A stretch of DNA of 64,000 nt, from contig MU058423.1 in the NCBI GenBank assembly GCA_013265495.1, positions 6,796,939-6,860,938 of the forward strand, given 5' to 3'. The stretch's first letter is position 1, and each line of letters starts with the position of its first letter. Below the pieces are notes generated by a model. That model did not search any database. It was not told the origin of the DNA and saw only the letters and a program-made list of their open reading frames with translations. Shown one piece after another: positions 12,189-22,810 of this stretch. This DNA is from Vicugna vicugna. Lineage: Eukaryota. A program made the translations under genes and the position numbers.

Positions 12189-13450
12189 ATAGCAGAGATG
12201 GCTTTCTGACCAACACAATTTATTGTTCTCTTTTTATTGTAATTGAATTATCACTGGGAAATGATAGTCCAGCCAAAAATTACATTTCCCTGTCCCCTTT
12301 ACATTGCTGTGGTTGAATTCTCAGCAATGGAAAGCTAACAAAATTGATATGTTTTACTTTCAGGACATAGTTTTAAAAAATCAGTGTTTTTTTTTTTTTA
12401 ATTTCCATACTCTTTTTCTCCTACTGAAATGTTAGTGGTAGAGCCACAAAATGGAAGGAGCCTAGGCTCATGAGCCACTGTGTGGAGGAAAGTCACCAAG
12501 GATTAGGAACACTTATCTAAGTCTGTTAATGTGAGAAACATAAATTTCTGTTGTATTAGGCCTTAAAACTTTAGCATTTATTTGCTACAGCAATTTGTAT
12601 TGCCTGAAGACTAATAATAATACAGAAATTAGTACCTCAAAGTCAAGATGTTGTAACAAAAACATAAAATATGCATGCAACACTGGTTGAACGTTTTGTG
12701 TTAAGGGAGAAAACAGATGTTGGAGGCTGAAAATAGGAAGACTCTATCATATGAAATCAAAATGTTTGACAAGTTATTTCCTATTCTATCAAGACAAACT
12801 ACCTACAGAACCTGTAGCTCTAAGAGAACAAGTTAGAAAAAGTTGGAAAGTTATTATGTAGTGATTATTTGCTGCATGTAACAAGGTACTAGAAAAAGAA
12901 GTGAGCTCAAGTTATTAGTAACTGTTTTAAAAGAAGGCTAGTCAGTGTCTAGGTCAAGCAATAGGTAAGAAAATTCATCCCAGAAAGCAGGATATTTGTG
13001 AAGACTTTGGAGAGGTCCCAAGAAAGGGGGATACCTTAAAATGCCGAACCAGCAAGATTCCATCATTCTTATGAATCACTCAAAGCTGGATGTTTCTTTT
13101 TTTTTTTCCTAAAGATGGCTTTTAAATGCAGATATTTTACCTTTGTTTCACCACTGTATTTGGGTTGAAGAGCAGGAGACAGATTACTTGTCTTTTTAAT
13201 TCATAATTTACTGTATCATAAGGAATAATATTTGGACCATATGGATAGGAGGAAAGACCTGTGCGTGAGATCTCAGAGTTTGAGCTAGATAAGGTTATTA
13301 GACTTAAGGCTGTCTCCCTTCAGGAGAAGTGAGTTTGTCCTACGTGTGAGAGAACGATGCAGAGAGGCATAATATTGTAAATTATGCCAACTGTTCTCTA
13401 AAATGTGTGCCCTCCTTTCCATAGGATAGAGTTGTCATTGGAAAGTATCT
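12189..13450 (+). mobile_element. MaLR MLT1 (I/J-like): LTR about 12189-12624, internal region, probable start of second LTR about 13376
   Basis: attacatttccctgtcccc...aatggaaggagcctaggctc...gtgagaaacataaatttctgttgtatt...ctaataataataca, followed by the MaLR internal start gaaattagtacc...gttgtaacaaaaacataaaatatg. Confidence 0.7.
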
Positions 13451-13644
13451 ATTTATACACCCATGTCAACACTAGAAATTATCATTCTTCTTAATGCTTG
13501 TCAGTCTGATTGATTATAACTGATATCTCACTATCTGTTTATAAGCTATTCTGCTGAATATGAGTTAACTTGTGTATGTAACAGGATACGTTCATTAGCC
13601 ATTTGTAGTCATTTTCTATGAACTGCCTGGTTATGTAGCATATA

Positions 13645-14600
13645 CCGCTTATGTGCTGCTTCTAAGTCATATTATCTAGTATCTCCTGAGATCTCAGCAC
13701 TTGTTCTGTCCCAGTTACTCCTGAAGTGACCAACTCTTGGGGGCTCGAACTGCTTCATGTGGGCACAGCATGACAGTTCCTTACTTCATGAGATGTGTTT
13801 GGAACTCCTGCCTGTACAACCCAGTGATCTGGGGAAGTTAAAGCCCCCTGTGGTAAACTTTCACTAACGTGAGACACAGCCGTAAGTAAGCACTAGGAGT
13901 GGCTCTACAACACAGAGCCTCACAGTGGGATTTGGGGACTGGACTACTCACCATCCTGAAGGCAGTAGGAACCCCACTGCAGGCGGCAAGTGGAGTGGCC
14001 CGTAATCCCTGGGATCCCTCACAATTTTTAAGGACTTCATCTGTGGTTAATTTGTGAAAGGTAACGTTGGAATAGACAGTATCTGGTGGACTAGAATAGT
14101 GCAGAGGCAATGACTATTATAAAGACTGCAGCTTCTGTTATTAAAAAACTATGAGAGAGAGAGATTATGCTAGAAATAAGGCCTAGCCTCTAACTGTAAG
14201 GGTGTCAGAGCTGCAAACAGGTTTAATGTGCAGCTTCAAAACGCTTCTTATGTAAAAGTCAGCCATTGGTAAGATAAGAGAAAGACCTCAAGTCTGGGAT
14301 GGAGATATTTGAATGAACAAACCTGAGAATATTGAACGTACGAATTCCTCTGAAACTTCTAGGCCAGCAGAAGGAGTCCCCCTTCTGCTTGTCAGAAAAA
14401 AACTGCCTTTTCCTTGCCTGGAGAACATGTAATGACCTTACCTGAAAGCAAATATTTCTAAGATGATGCTAATACCTTTCTTGCTTCCAGACTGATAACC
14501 AGGGTCAGACCAGGCTGATAACCAGGGATGGATCTTGGCACAGTTTGAGTCGGAAAGTACAACGTCAGCTCCAGGAGAAATATCCTACGCACCAAGTTGA
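13645..14600 (+). mobile_element. ERVL relic: LTR16-like fragment plus ERV3-16/HERV16-like internal (gag) sequence
   Basis: Frameshifted translation near 14190-14390, LTVRVSELQ/RFNVQLQNASYVKV/...PQVWDGDI*MNKPENIERTNSSETSRPAEGVP, resembles the ERVL gag N-terminus (…VAELQRRLNSQP…VKVRALIGKEWDP.TWDGDIW…, from memory). Confidence 0.7.
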
Positions 14601-14604
14601 AGGC

Positions 14605-14877
14605 CCTGAGGGGAGGAGGTGGAAAGGGGTAAATTGGGAGTTAGAGATTTGCAGATACTAACTAATATATATATAATAGATACACAACAAGCTCCTGCTG
14701 TATAGCACAGGAAATTATATTCAATATCTTGTAGTAACTTATGGTGAAAAAATATGAACAATGAATATATATATGTTCGTATATGACTGAAGCATTGTGC
14801 TGCACAACAGAAATTGATACAACGTTGTAAACTGACTATATTTCAATAAAAATATATATATATATATACAAAAAAAT
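14605..14877 (+). mobile_element. Short L1 3' UTR fragment, camelid type
   Basis: ggggtaaattgggagttagagatttgcagatactaacta...gtatagcacagg...gactatatttcaataaaa; homologous to the 3' UTR at 10590-10830. No TSD found. Confidence 0.9.
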
Positions 14878-14879
14878 AA

Positions 14880-15080
14880 TTGGTTTGATGAGATTTTCTA
14901 TTTCTTCATGAGTCATTGTTGGTAGATTGTATGTAAACTTCTGGGAATTTATCCATTTTTCTAGGTTATCCAATGTGTTAACATATAATTATTCATAGCA
15001 GTTTCTTATGATCTTTCATGTTTCTGTGATTTTCTTAGTTAGATTAACTAAGAAAAAAAGAGAGATGACTCAAAGTCAGA
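14880..15080. mobile_element. Old L1 ORF2 fragments: antisense 14880-15030, sense 15035-15080
   Basis: ggaatttatccatttttctaggttatccaatgtgttaacatataattattcatag (antisense), then agattaactaagaaaaaaagagagatgactcaaa (RLTKKKREMTQ, sense). Confidence 0.6.
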
Positions 15081-15374
15081 ATACTTTTTCCTGTTTAATA
15101 TTTGTTTTTTGCCTACTCCTCAGTTTCTATGATTTCTTGCCAGGGTATACTCATAATTCTCAGGCTTAGTAACTGATTTGTTCCTTAATATGCGTTTTCT
15201 TTCCTTTTATTCTTTTTTTAATTCCATTTAGAGGACGCCACTAATTCATTTTTCTGCATTGCCAGTTTGCTTCTCTTATCTCCGTATGGATGTTAATTTA
15301 GCTACCTAATTAAAAATTAATTTTTAATTAGCTATTTAATTTAATTTGTCATTAATTTTGTCAATTCCACTTTT

Positions 15375-17479
15375 TTTTTCTAATTTTCATCTTGGGCCAG
15401 CAAGCTTTTTTTTTAACCTTTTTTATTGATTTATAATCATTTTACAATGTTGTATCAAATTCCAGTGTAGAGCACAATTTTTCAGTTGTACATGAACATA
15501 TATATATATATATATATTCATTGTCACATTTTTTTCTCCATGAGCTACCATAAGATCTTGTATATATTTCCTTGTGCTATACAGTATAATCTTGTTTATC
15601 TATTCTACAATTTTGAAATCCCAGTCTATCTCTTTCCACCCCCCGCCCCCTTGGCAACACAAGTTTGTATTCTGTGTCTGTGAGTCTATTTCTGTTTTGT
15701 ATTTATGCTTTGTTTGTTTGTTTGTTTAGATTCTACATATGAGCAACAATCTCATATTTTTCTTTCTCTTTCTGGCTTACTTCACTTAGAATGACATTCT
15801 CCAGGAGCATCCATGTTGCTACAAATGGCATTATGTTGTCAGTTTTTATGGCTGAGTAGTATTCCATTGTATAAATACATCACCTCTTCTTTATCTAGTC
15901 ATCTGTTGATGGACATTTAAGCTGTTTTGATGTCTTGGCTATAATAAATAGTGCTGCTATGAACATTGGGGTGCAGGTGTCATCCTGAAGTAGGGTTCCT
16001 TCTGGATATATGCCCAGGAGTGGGATTCCTGGGTCATATGGTAAGTCTATTCCTAGTCTTTTGAGGACTCTCCATCCTGTTTTCCACAGTGGCTGCACCA
16101 AACTGCATTCCCACCAGCAGTGTAGGAGGGTTCCCCTTTCTCCACAGCCTCTCCAGCATTTGTCATTTGTGGATTTTTGAATGATGGCCATTCTGACTGG
16201 TGTGAGGTGATACCTCATTGTAGTTTTGATTTGCATTTCTCTGATAATTAGTGATATTGAGCATTTTTTCATGTGCCTATTGATCATTTGTATGTCTTCC
16301 TTGGAGAATTGCTTGTTTAGGTCTTCTGCTCATTTTTGGATTGGGTTGCTTATTTTTTTCTTATTGAGTCGTATGAGCTGCTTATATATTCTGGAGATCA
16401 AGCCTTTGTCGGTTTCATTTGCAAAAATTTTCTCCCATTCCATAGGTTGTCTTCTTGTTTTACTTCTGGTTTCCTTTGCTGTGCAGAAGCTTGTAAATTT
16501 CATTAGGTCCCATTTGTTTATTCTTGCTTTTATTTCTTCTAGGAGAAAATTTTTGAAATGTATGTCAGATAATGTTTTGCCTATGTTTTCCTCTAGGAGG
16601 TTTATTGTATCTTGTCTTATGTTTAAGTCTTTAATCCATTTTGAGTTGATTTTTGTATATGGTGTAAGGGTGTGTTCTAGCTTCATTGTTTTACATGCTG
16701 CTGTCCAGTTTTCCCAACACCATTTGCTGAAGAGACTGTCTTTATTCCATTGTATATTCTTGCCTCCTTTGTCGAAGATGAGTTGACCAAAAGTTTGTGG
16801 GTTCATTTCTGGGCTCTCTATTCTGTTCCATTGGTCTATATGTCTGTTTTGGTACCAATACCATGCTGTCTTGATGACTGTAGCTCTGTAGAATTGTCTG
16901 AAGTCTGGGAGAGTTATTCCTCCAGCTTCTTTCCTTCTCTTCAGTAATACTTTGGCAATTCTAAGTCTTTGATGGTCCCATATAAATTGTATTATGATTT
17001 GTTCTAGTTCTGTGAAATATGTCCTGGGTAATTTAATAGGGATTGCATTAAATCTGTAGATTGCCTTGGGCAGTGTGACCATTTTAACAATATTGATTCT
17101 TCCAATCCAAGAGCATGGGATATCTTTCCATTTTTTAAAGTCTTCTTTAACTTCCTTTATCAATGGTTTATAGTTTTCTGTGTATAATTCTTTCACCTCC
17201 TTGGTTAGATTTATTCCTAGATGTTTTATTACATTGGGTGCTATTTGAAAGGGGATTGTTTCTTTACTTTCTTTTTCTGTTGATTCCTCATTAGTGTAAA
17301 GAAATGCAACTGAGTTTTGAACGTTAATCTTGTAACCTGCTATGTTGCTGAATTCTTCGATCAGGTCTAGTAGTTTTTGTGTGGACCTTTTAGGGTTTTC
17401 TATATATAGTAACATATCGTCGGCATATAGTGACACTTTCACCTCTTCTTTTCCAAATTGGATCCCTTTTATTTCTCTA
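15375..17479 (-). mobile_element. Young 5'-truncated L1 (RT C-terminal part, C-terminal domain, 3' UTR) with a 26-bp extra segment between two poly(A) tracts
   Basis: ORFs 16330-17442 (YADD RT motif) and 15895-16287 ([18 protein letters not shown]) are one frame of L1 ORF2. 16-bp TSD tgtcaattccactttt at 15359-15374 and 17480-17495; TTTT/AT endonuclease-type site. Confidence 0.97.
15745..17478 (-). pseudogene. L1 ORF2 fragment (inactivated, 5'-truncated)
   Basis: More than 550 codons in a single frame, with stops at 16330-16332, 15895-15897 and 15880-15882; frameshifted only in the last few codons. Confidence 0.9.
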
Positions 17480-18757
17480 TGTCAATTCCACTTTTATCCT
17501 TTGTCTAAATTAATTTTCCCTATGGATTCCAGTATTTCTTTCATAGAGGCCTATCCTTTTCATATTTTTCAATGGACTGAATAAGTATTTTCTAGAATAA
17601 TTATTTCCTTTAGGTTATAATTTTTAGAAATATGCAGTTATTTAGAATGTTTAGGATAATGTTCTTTTTCCTTTATGCTACCAAAACTTTTACAAGCCTT
17701 GCTTTCTTCTTTATTTTAATTGAGATTTTTATACAGTTGTCCAGAAAAATAAGCCCCATTATTTGTTTAATGTAAGTATGACCTTAGTCTCTCCTACCAT
17801 GTCTTTGTACTAGAGTTCCTTGCTTACCATATAACTTCAGATAGAATAGCAGTTCTTCATATACATGTTGTATATAAAAAAATACAATTGATACAGATTT
17901 TTTCTGACACTAGTACTTTTCCCCCTAGCCCTATTCATGTGAGTAAATGGCAGTTGCTTGAGCTGACAATCTGGGAGTTGTCACTGATTCTTTCCTTTAC
18001 CTCACACTCAATCTACTTTCCTTTTCATTCATTCTGCCAGAGCTTCCTTGGCTTTCTTTCTATATCTTGACCTGGCTAAGGCTCATGCTGTTCCTTAGAA
18101 CCTTAGGGATGGAATACTAATGTCGTGCCACAAAATATTTTAAGAAATGTAGTTATATCACAAACACAGAAAAATCTGAAAGACAAGATTTGAGAAAATA
18201 GGTCACATCTTTATTATTTAACATCCATTAAATTACATAGTCACACACAAGGGAAAGTAATTAGCAGGCCTATTTACTGTTATCATGTACAGTAATTTCC
18301 AAACCAATGGAGGGATAAAACTATGAAACCATATGGTATGTATATTATAAAGTAACCTGTTCCATTCTTTTGAGTTGCTGTTACTGCTTTTGACACAGCT
18401 ACAGGAAATAAAAAGGCTACTGGAATGCAGATCAGGAAAAAGTATTCCCACAAGGCTTTGCAAAATGAAATTTGGAATCCTTGAGTGGAAACATATTTCT
18501 AAAAAATAAGCTTTCTGTTCTGTATAGCTAAGATAATTCTGTTAAAAATGAAATACATTTTTTGCATTTGATCATATTTTTGTGTTATTTAAAAAAATAT
18601 GTTAGAGAAAAAGAATATTTGCACAGAAATTATAACATAGTACCTGAAGTCAATGAGGAAGAACAATATTATTTTAACAACATAGTGTAGTTGGCCCTTG
18701 AGATTAAACTGTTCAATTATATTACACTTCTCATTAAAAAAAGGCAAAAATATTCTG

Positions 18758-19632
18758 GTTATTTTGGTTATCTATTCCTGTGTTGACACACTACCCCAAA
18801 ACGTAATGGCTTAAAACAATAACTCTTTTATTTGTGCAAGGTTCTGTGAGTTAAGAATTTAGACACAGCATTGCAGAGGAAGTGTGTCTCTGTCCCAAGT
18901 GATATCTGCAGGAGTTAGAAGATCTATTATGGCTCCTCTAGTCCCATTTCTTAATGTCAGCTAGAAAAACTTAAAAATTTGGCACTGGCTGTAACTGGTC
19001 AAATGAGGGTTAAATGTCAAGGATCTCTGTACTAAGTTTCATCTAAGTTTCTTGGCTCATCTCCGTGTAATTTCAAGGCCTCTTCCTTTCCACATGACCT
19101 TTCTGTGATCCCCATTAGCTCTCCAATAGAGTAGCTAAACTTCCATGGCAGCTCAGGGTGAATGCAAAAGCAAAATCTGTAATGCCTAAATCTAGGTGTG
19201 AAACTGTCACAGCCTCACTTTCACTGCATTATGTTCGTTAAAACAATGGAAAAGTTATAAGGTCCAGACTTAAAGGTAGGGGTACTACACAAGGATGTGA
19301 ATCCCGGAAGTATATTTTTGGAGGACCATCAAAGGAATAGTCTAACAAGATTCACCCTCTCACTCCTAATAGCTCACAGTCAACTTATAACCAAAATACA
19401 CTCTCTTGAGATGCCCAGAGACTCATCCAATTATGGCATCAGTCTCAGTCTTATGGCCAAGATCTTGTGTTCTAAAACAGGTCCAGGTGTGAATGAAAGG
19501 TCTTTGGCATAGCTTTTCTCACTCTGAAGACCTGTGAATTAAAGAGACAGGTTATCTGTCCTCCCTACTCCCAATCAAGAACAAGGAATTTGTGATAGTA
19601 AATTGTAATATTCACTTCCATTTGAAAAGGTG
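18758..19632 (-). mobile_element. MaLR MLT1 (F/G/H-like) LTR about 18758-19350 plus internal fragment
   Basis: ggttatctattcctgtg...actaccccaaaacgtaatggcttaaaacaataac...gtcacagcctcactttcactgcatt...actacacaaggatgtgaatcccggaag; internal ctcatccaattatggcatcag...gaagacctgtgaattaaagagacaggttatctg. Confidence 0.8.
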
Positions 19633-19669
19633 ATTAATTATAGTTAAAATTTTAAGTAGAATTAAGACT

Positions 19670-20247
19670 CTAGTGGATGCTTAAAGTGCTCCTTTGAGAT
19701 CCTTTTTACTGAGCTAGAGCCTGCATCTTTAACCTGCTGTGTGTTGACCTACAGCTATACAACAATATTCGACTGGCATCTCTGGGTGTATCAGAACCAG
19801 TAGGACTGTGGTCATGTGTTTTTGGGGAATTTGTGCTCCCTGTCCCTTCAAATATAGGCTTTAGGATTTTAGGCTCAGTTTCTATAAAAGGGACGATTTT
19901 ATCAGGGGACATAGTACAAGTACCACTGCACTTAAAATTATGGCTTTCACCAGTGACCTTGGGCTCCTGATGCCAGTAGAATAAGAAACAGAAAGGAATC
20001 ATTACTGTCAGGAGCAATTGAAACTGATCATCATGAGAGAAAGAATTAATAGATGAATACAGGAATCAAGATCTGATAAGGGCATGGTAACCAAGGCCTA
20101 AGACCACTTAGAAAGGAGGAAGGGTCTATGTCACTGTAATTGGTGCTATTATTGTCTTTCCTAGATCCTGTTTTTCTCATTTTCCCCTTCTTCTATGAGA
20201 ATCCCATTCTCAGGCTCTATTTGTAAGATAAATAAAGCAAGAGACAG
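19670..20247 (+). mobile_element. Heavily deleted ERVL (LTR16-like ends) retaining a dUTPase-region relic
   Basis: 19824-20040 translates as GEFVLPVPSNIGFRILGSVSIKGTILSGDIVQVPLHLKLWLSP/DLGLLMPVE*..., resembling the ERVL post-integrase dUTPase region (FLLPVP...PGDTTMIPLNWKLRLPPGHFGLL, from memory). LTR16-like end ctcaggctctatt...gagaca. Confidence 0.65.
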
Positions 20248-21559
20248 GAAAGTCTTGGTTTAGGCCCAGTTTTACCCATTATTAATTGATTAAGTTTGTA
20301 TAATTCACTGGATTTCCCTAAGCCTGTTTTCTCCTTAATTTTAGAAGTAATTTTCTCGCAGAGTTTTTGTGAAGATTAAGTAAATTAATTAAAATAATTT
20401 TGCTAACAAAATGATACAGGTGGAAAAATGGCAGACAGAATAGATATTCAAATATGTTACCTAATATTATCATTCCCTTTTTATTTTCCCCTGGCATGTG
20501 TTGGGCCATGCATGCCTCCTTTTGGGGTTACACATCAAACATTAATGTTACATAGAATTGTTTCTATAAGGAAACATACAGGAGCTGATTTTCTTTCTAT
20601 ACCCAACCAAAATACTAATTGACAAATGGAAGCTGTATGAGTGTATTTATTCTTGAGAAACATAATTATACTGCTGTTATAGATATATGCATCTGTTTCT
20701 TTCATCAGGCTATAAGCTTTCTATGTGTAAGATCATATATTACTGACCACTTTAGCTCTAATGTGTTTGAAGTAGAATGCTTCACATATGTCATATTTGG
20801 TATTTGTACTTTGATTTTCATGTATGTCTTTTAAGATATATATTTTGATATGATTGGGGATTCTATAGATTATCTTGCTTATTGAATTATCTGATTACTT
20901 TTACATTATTTTATCCAAAGTTTAGCTATCTGAGCTTGAATTGATCTATCTGATTGATATCTATGTCAAAGAAGACTCATACTTTAAAATCTCAACTATT
21001 TCATTATTCTTGAAACATTTGACATGTAATGATTTGATATGTGTCCTTTATGAAAAATTACTTCTTAGTAGGTAACTTTTGGGCATAAAGGGCACTTTTG
21101 TAAATCACTCTGAAATCAAGTGAAATATTAAAAACAGAAATATTTAGCTAAATAATGGAAGCATTACATAACTATATTCAGCTCATATCTACCACAAGGC
21201 AGAATTTGGGTGAACGCTTATAGCAATTAATTTAGCCTCTACTCACACATTCCAGTTTACCAAAATACTGTTTAAAAGAAATAGATAAATCTTGCAGTTA
21301 CAGTATGTTGAATGAATCACAAGCTGTTAAAACTACCTACTAGAAATATAGTAGTTTATATAGAGTGGTCAGTTTTTCCCAGTGTTTAAGCCAGTTCTTG
21401 GGAGAGTCATTAGATTCTTTTGGAAGCTGTAGTTGACTTAATATTAAATCATCACTTTACTGCAGCAAATGGTATTTACTGTGGCAATTTAAAAAATTAC
21501 ATCAAAAGGATCTTGTCTCATTTACTTGTAAAGAAGTAACACATAAACCAGAAGAAATT

Positions 21560-22810
21560 GCTTAATGATTAATGTTTATTGATTAAATATAATACACAGT
21601 GTTACATACAATGTATGGTATTTGCTTATAATTCATTTGGTGAATAAATATACATGAATACAATTAAACAAAATTTTATGTGTTATAAAATAAATATATA
21701 TTCTGCAATTTGAAGATAATGGAATTTTAAAAATAAACTTGGGTGAATTGTTATAAAACAATTGGAATTCTACAAATGGATAATAAAAAGATAAATAATA
21801 AAAAATGGGAAAAGTAAATAAATAGGTAATATAGAGTATAATAAAAGGGTAACAGACAAAAAGATGTTTTAATTGTTAGGGAAATGCAAATTAGAATAAA
21901 ATAACACAACATTTTTCATATTGATTTTGTAAAAATTAAAAGGATGAATTATTTTTATGACTAGACAATATTTAGAAAAGTAAGTATTTTCATACATTGC
22001 TGATGTGAATACGAATTGCTTTACTTTGGGGGAAAGTAAACGTAGTATCTACTAAAATTAAAATTTTGGGGCTTCCACTCCCAACTGATATAGTAATTAG
22101 TACAGGACTAGACCCTCAATGTAGACTATAAGCTGAACAATATATATTAAGCAACAATTTATAGACACTGTGAAACAGATCTAATACTTTGATCCATTAA
22201 GAAGAAAAACACACAAGCTATGCAGATGTGATTCTATCTAGAAATAGTTTTTTAGACTATGATACACAAAAGTGAAGCCCATGTAAACCACAGAGGTCTT
22301 GCTGGAGCAGAGGTTGTACTTCAGAGCTTCTGAGCAGTTGGAATTTGTGGGGTAAAAAGAAGAGATCTTCAAAGAGATGAACCTTAAGAAATCTGCTGCA
22401 TAAGTGTTTGCTGAATACTAAAACAGACATTGTGATGACAGAGATGTTGAAATTAACAGACATGGAGTTTAAAACAGCTATGAAAATTATGCTTAAGGAT
22501 TTAAAGGAAAGGTGCACATGAGTGAAAAGATGAGAAGTATCAGTAAAGAAATATAATCTACAGAAGAAAAAGAAGGAAACTGTAACAATATCTGAAATGC
22601 AAAAACCATGAATGGGTTAAAAACATGTTGGATTCTGAAAAAAAAAAAAAAGACAAAACAGTGACTTTAAAAATAAATAAATCTTCAATGACCTGGGACA
22701 ATATCAGGCAGTCTAAGTAATATGTAATTGGAGTTTCAGAAGAAGAGATAGAAATTATCTAGAGTAGGTATCAATTACTTACAACAAAAAATCGTATTTG
22801 AAAAACTGAT
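21560..22810 (+). mobile_element. Ancient L1M fragments (3' ORF2 part about 21560-22065; 5'/ORF1 part about 22070-22810)
   Basis: agggaaatgcaaattagaataaaataac...catacattgctgatgtgaat; gatgacagagatgttgaaattaacagacatggagtttaaaacagctat...gtaattggagtttcagaagaagag (ORF1-like). Confidence 0.6.

Noticed and set aside
16226..16947. 186-aa and 65-aa plus-strand ORFs
   Set aside because: Antisense shadows of L1 ORF2.
18357..18398. 42-bp minus-strand exon-like segment with a good acceptor
   Set aside because: Weak donor (GTTACT), no recognisable peptide, no partner exons.
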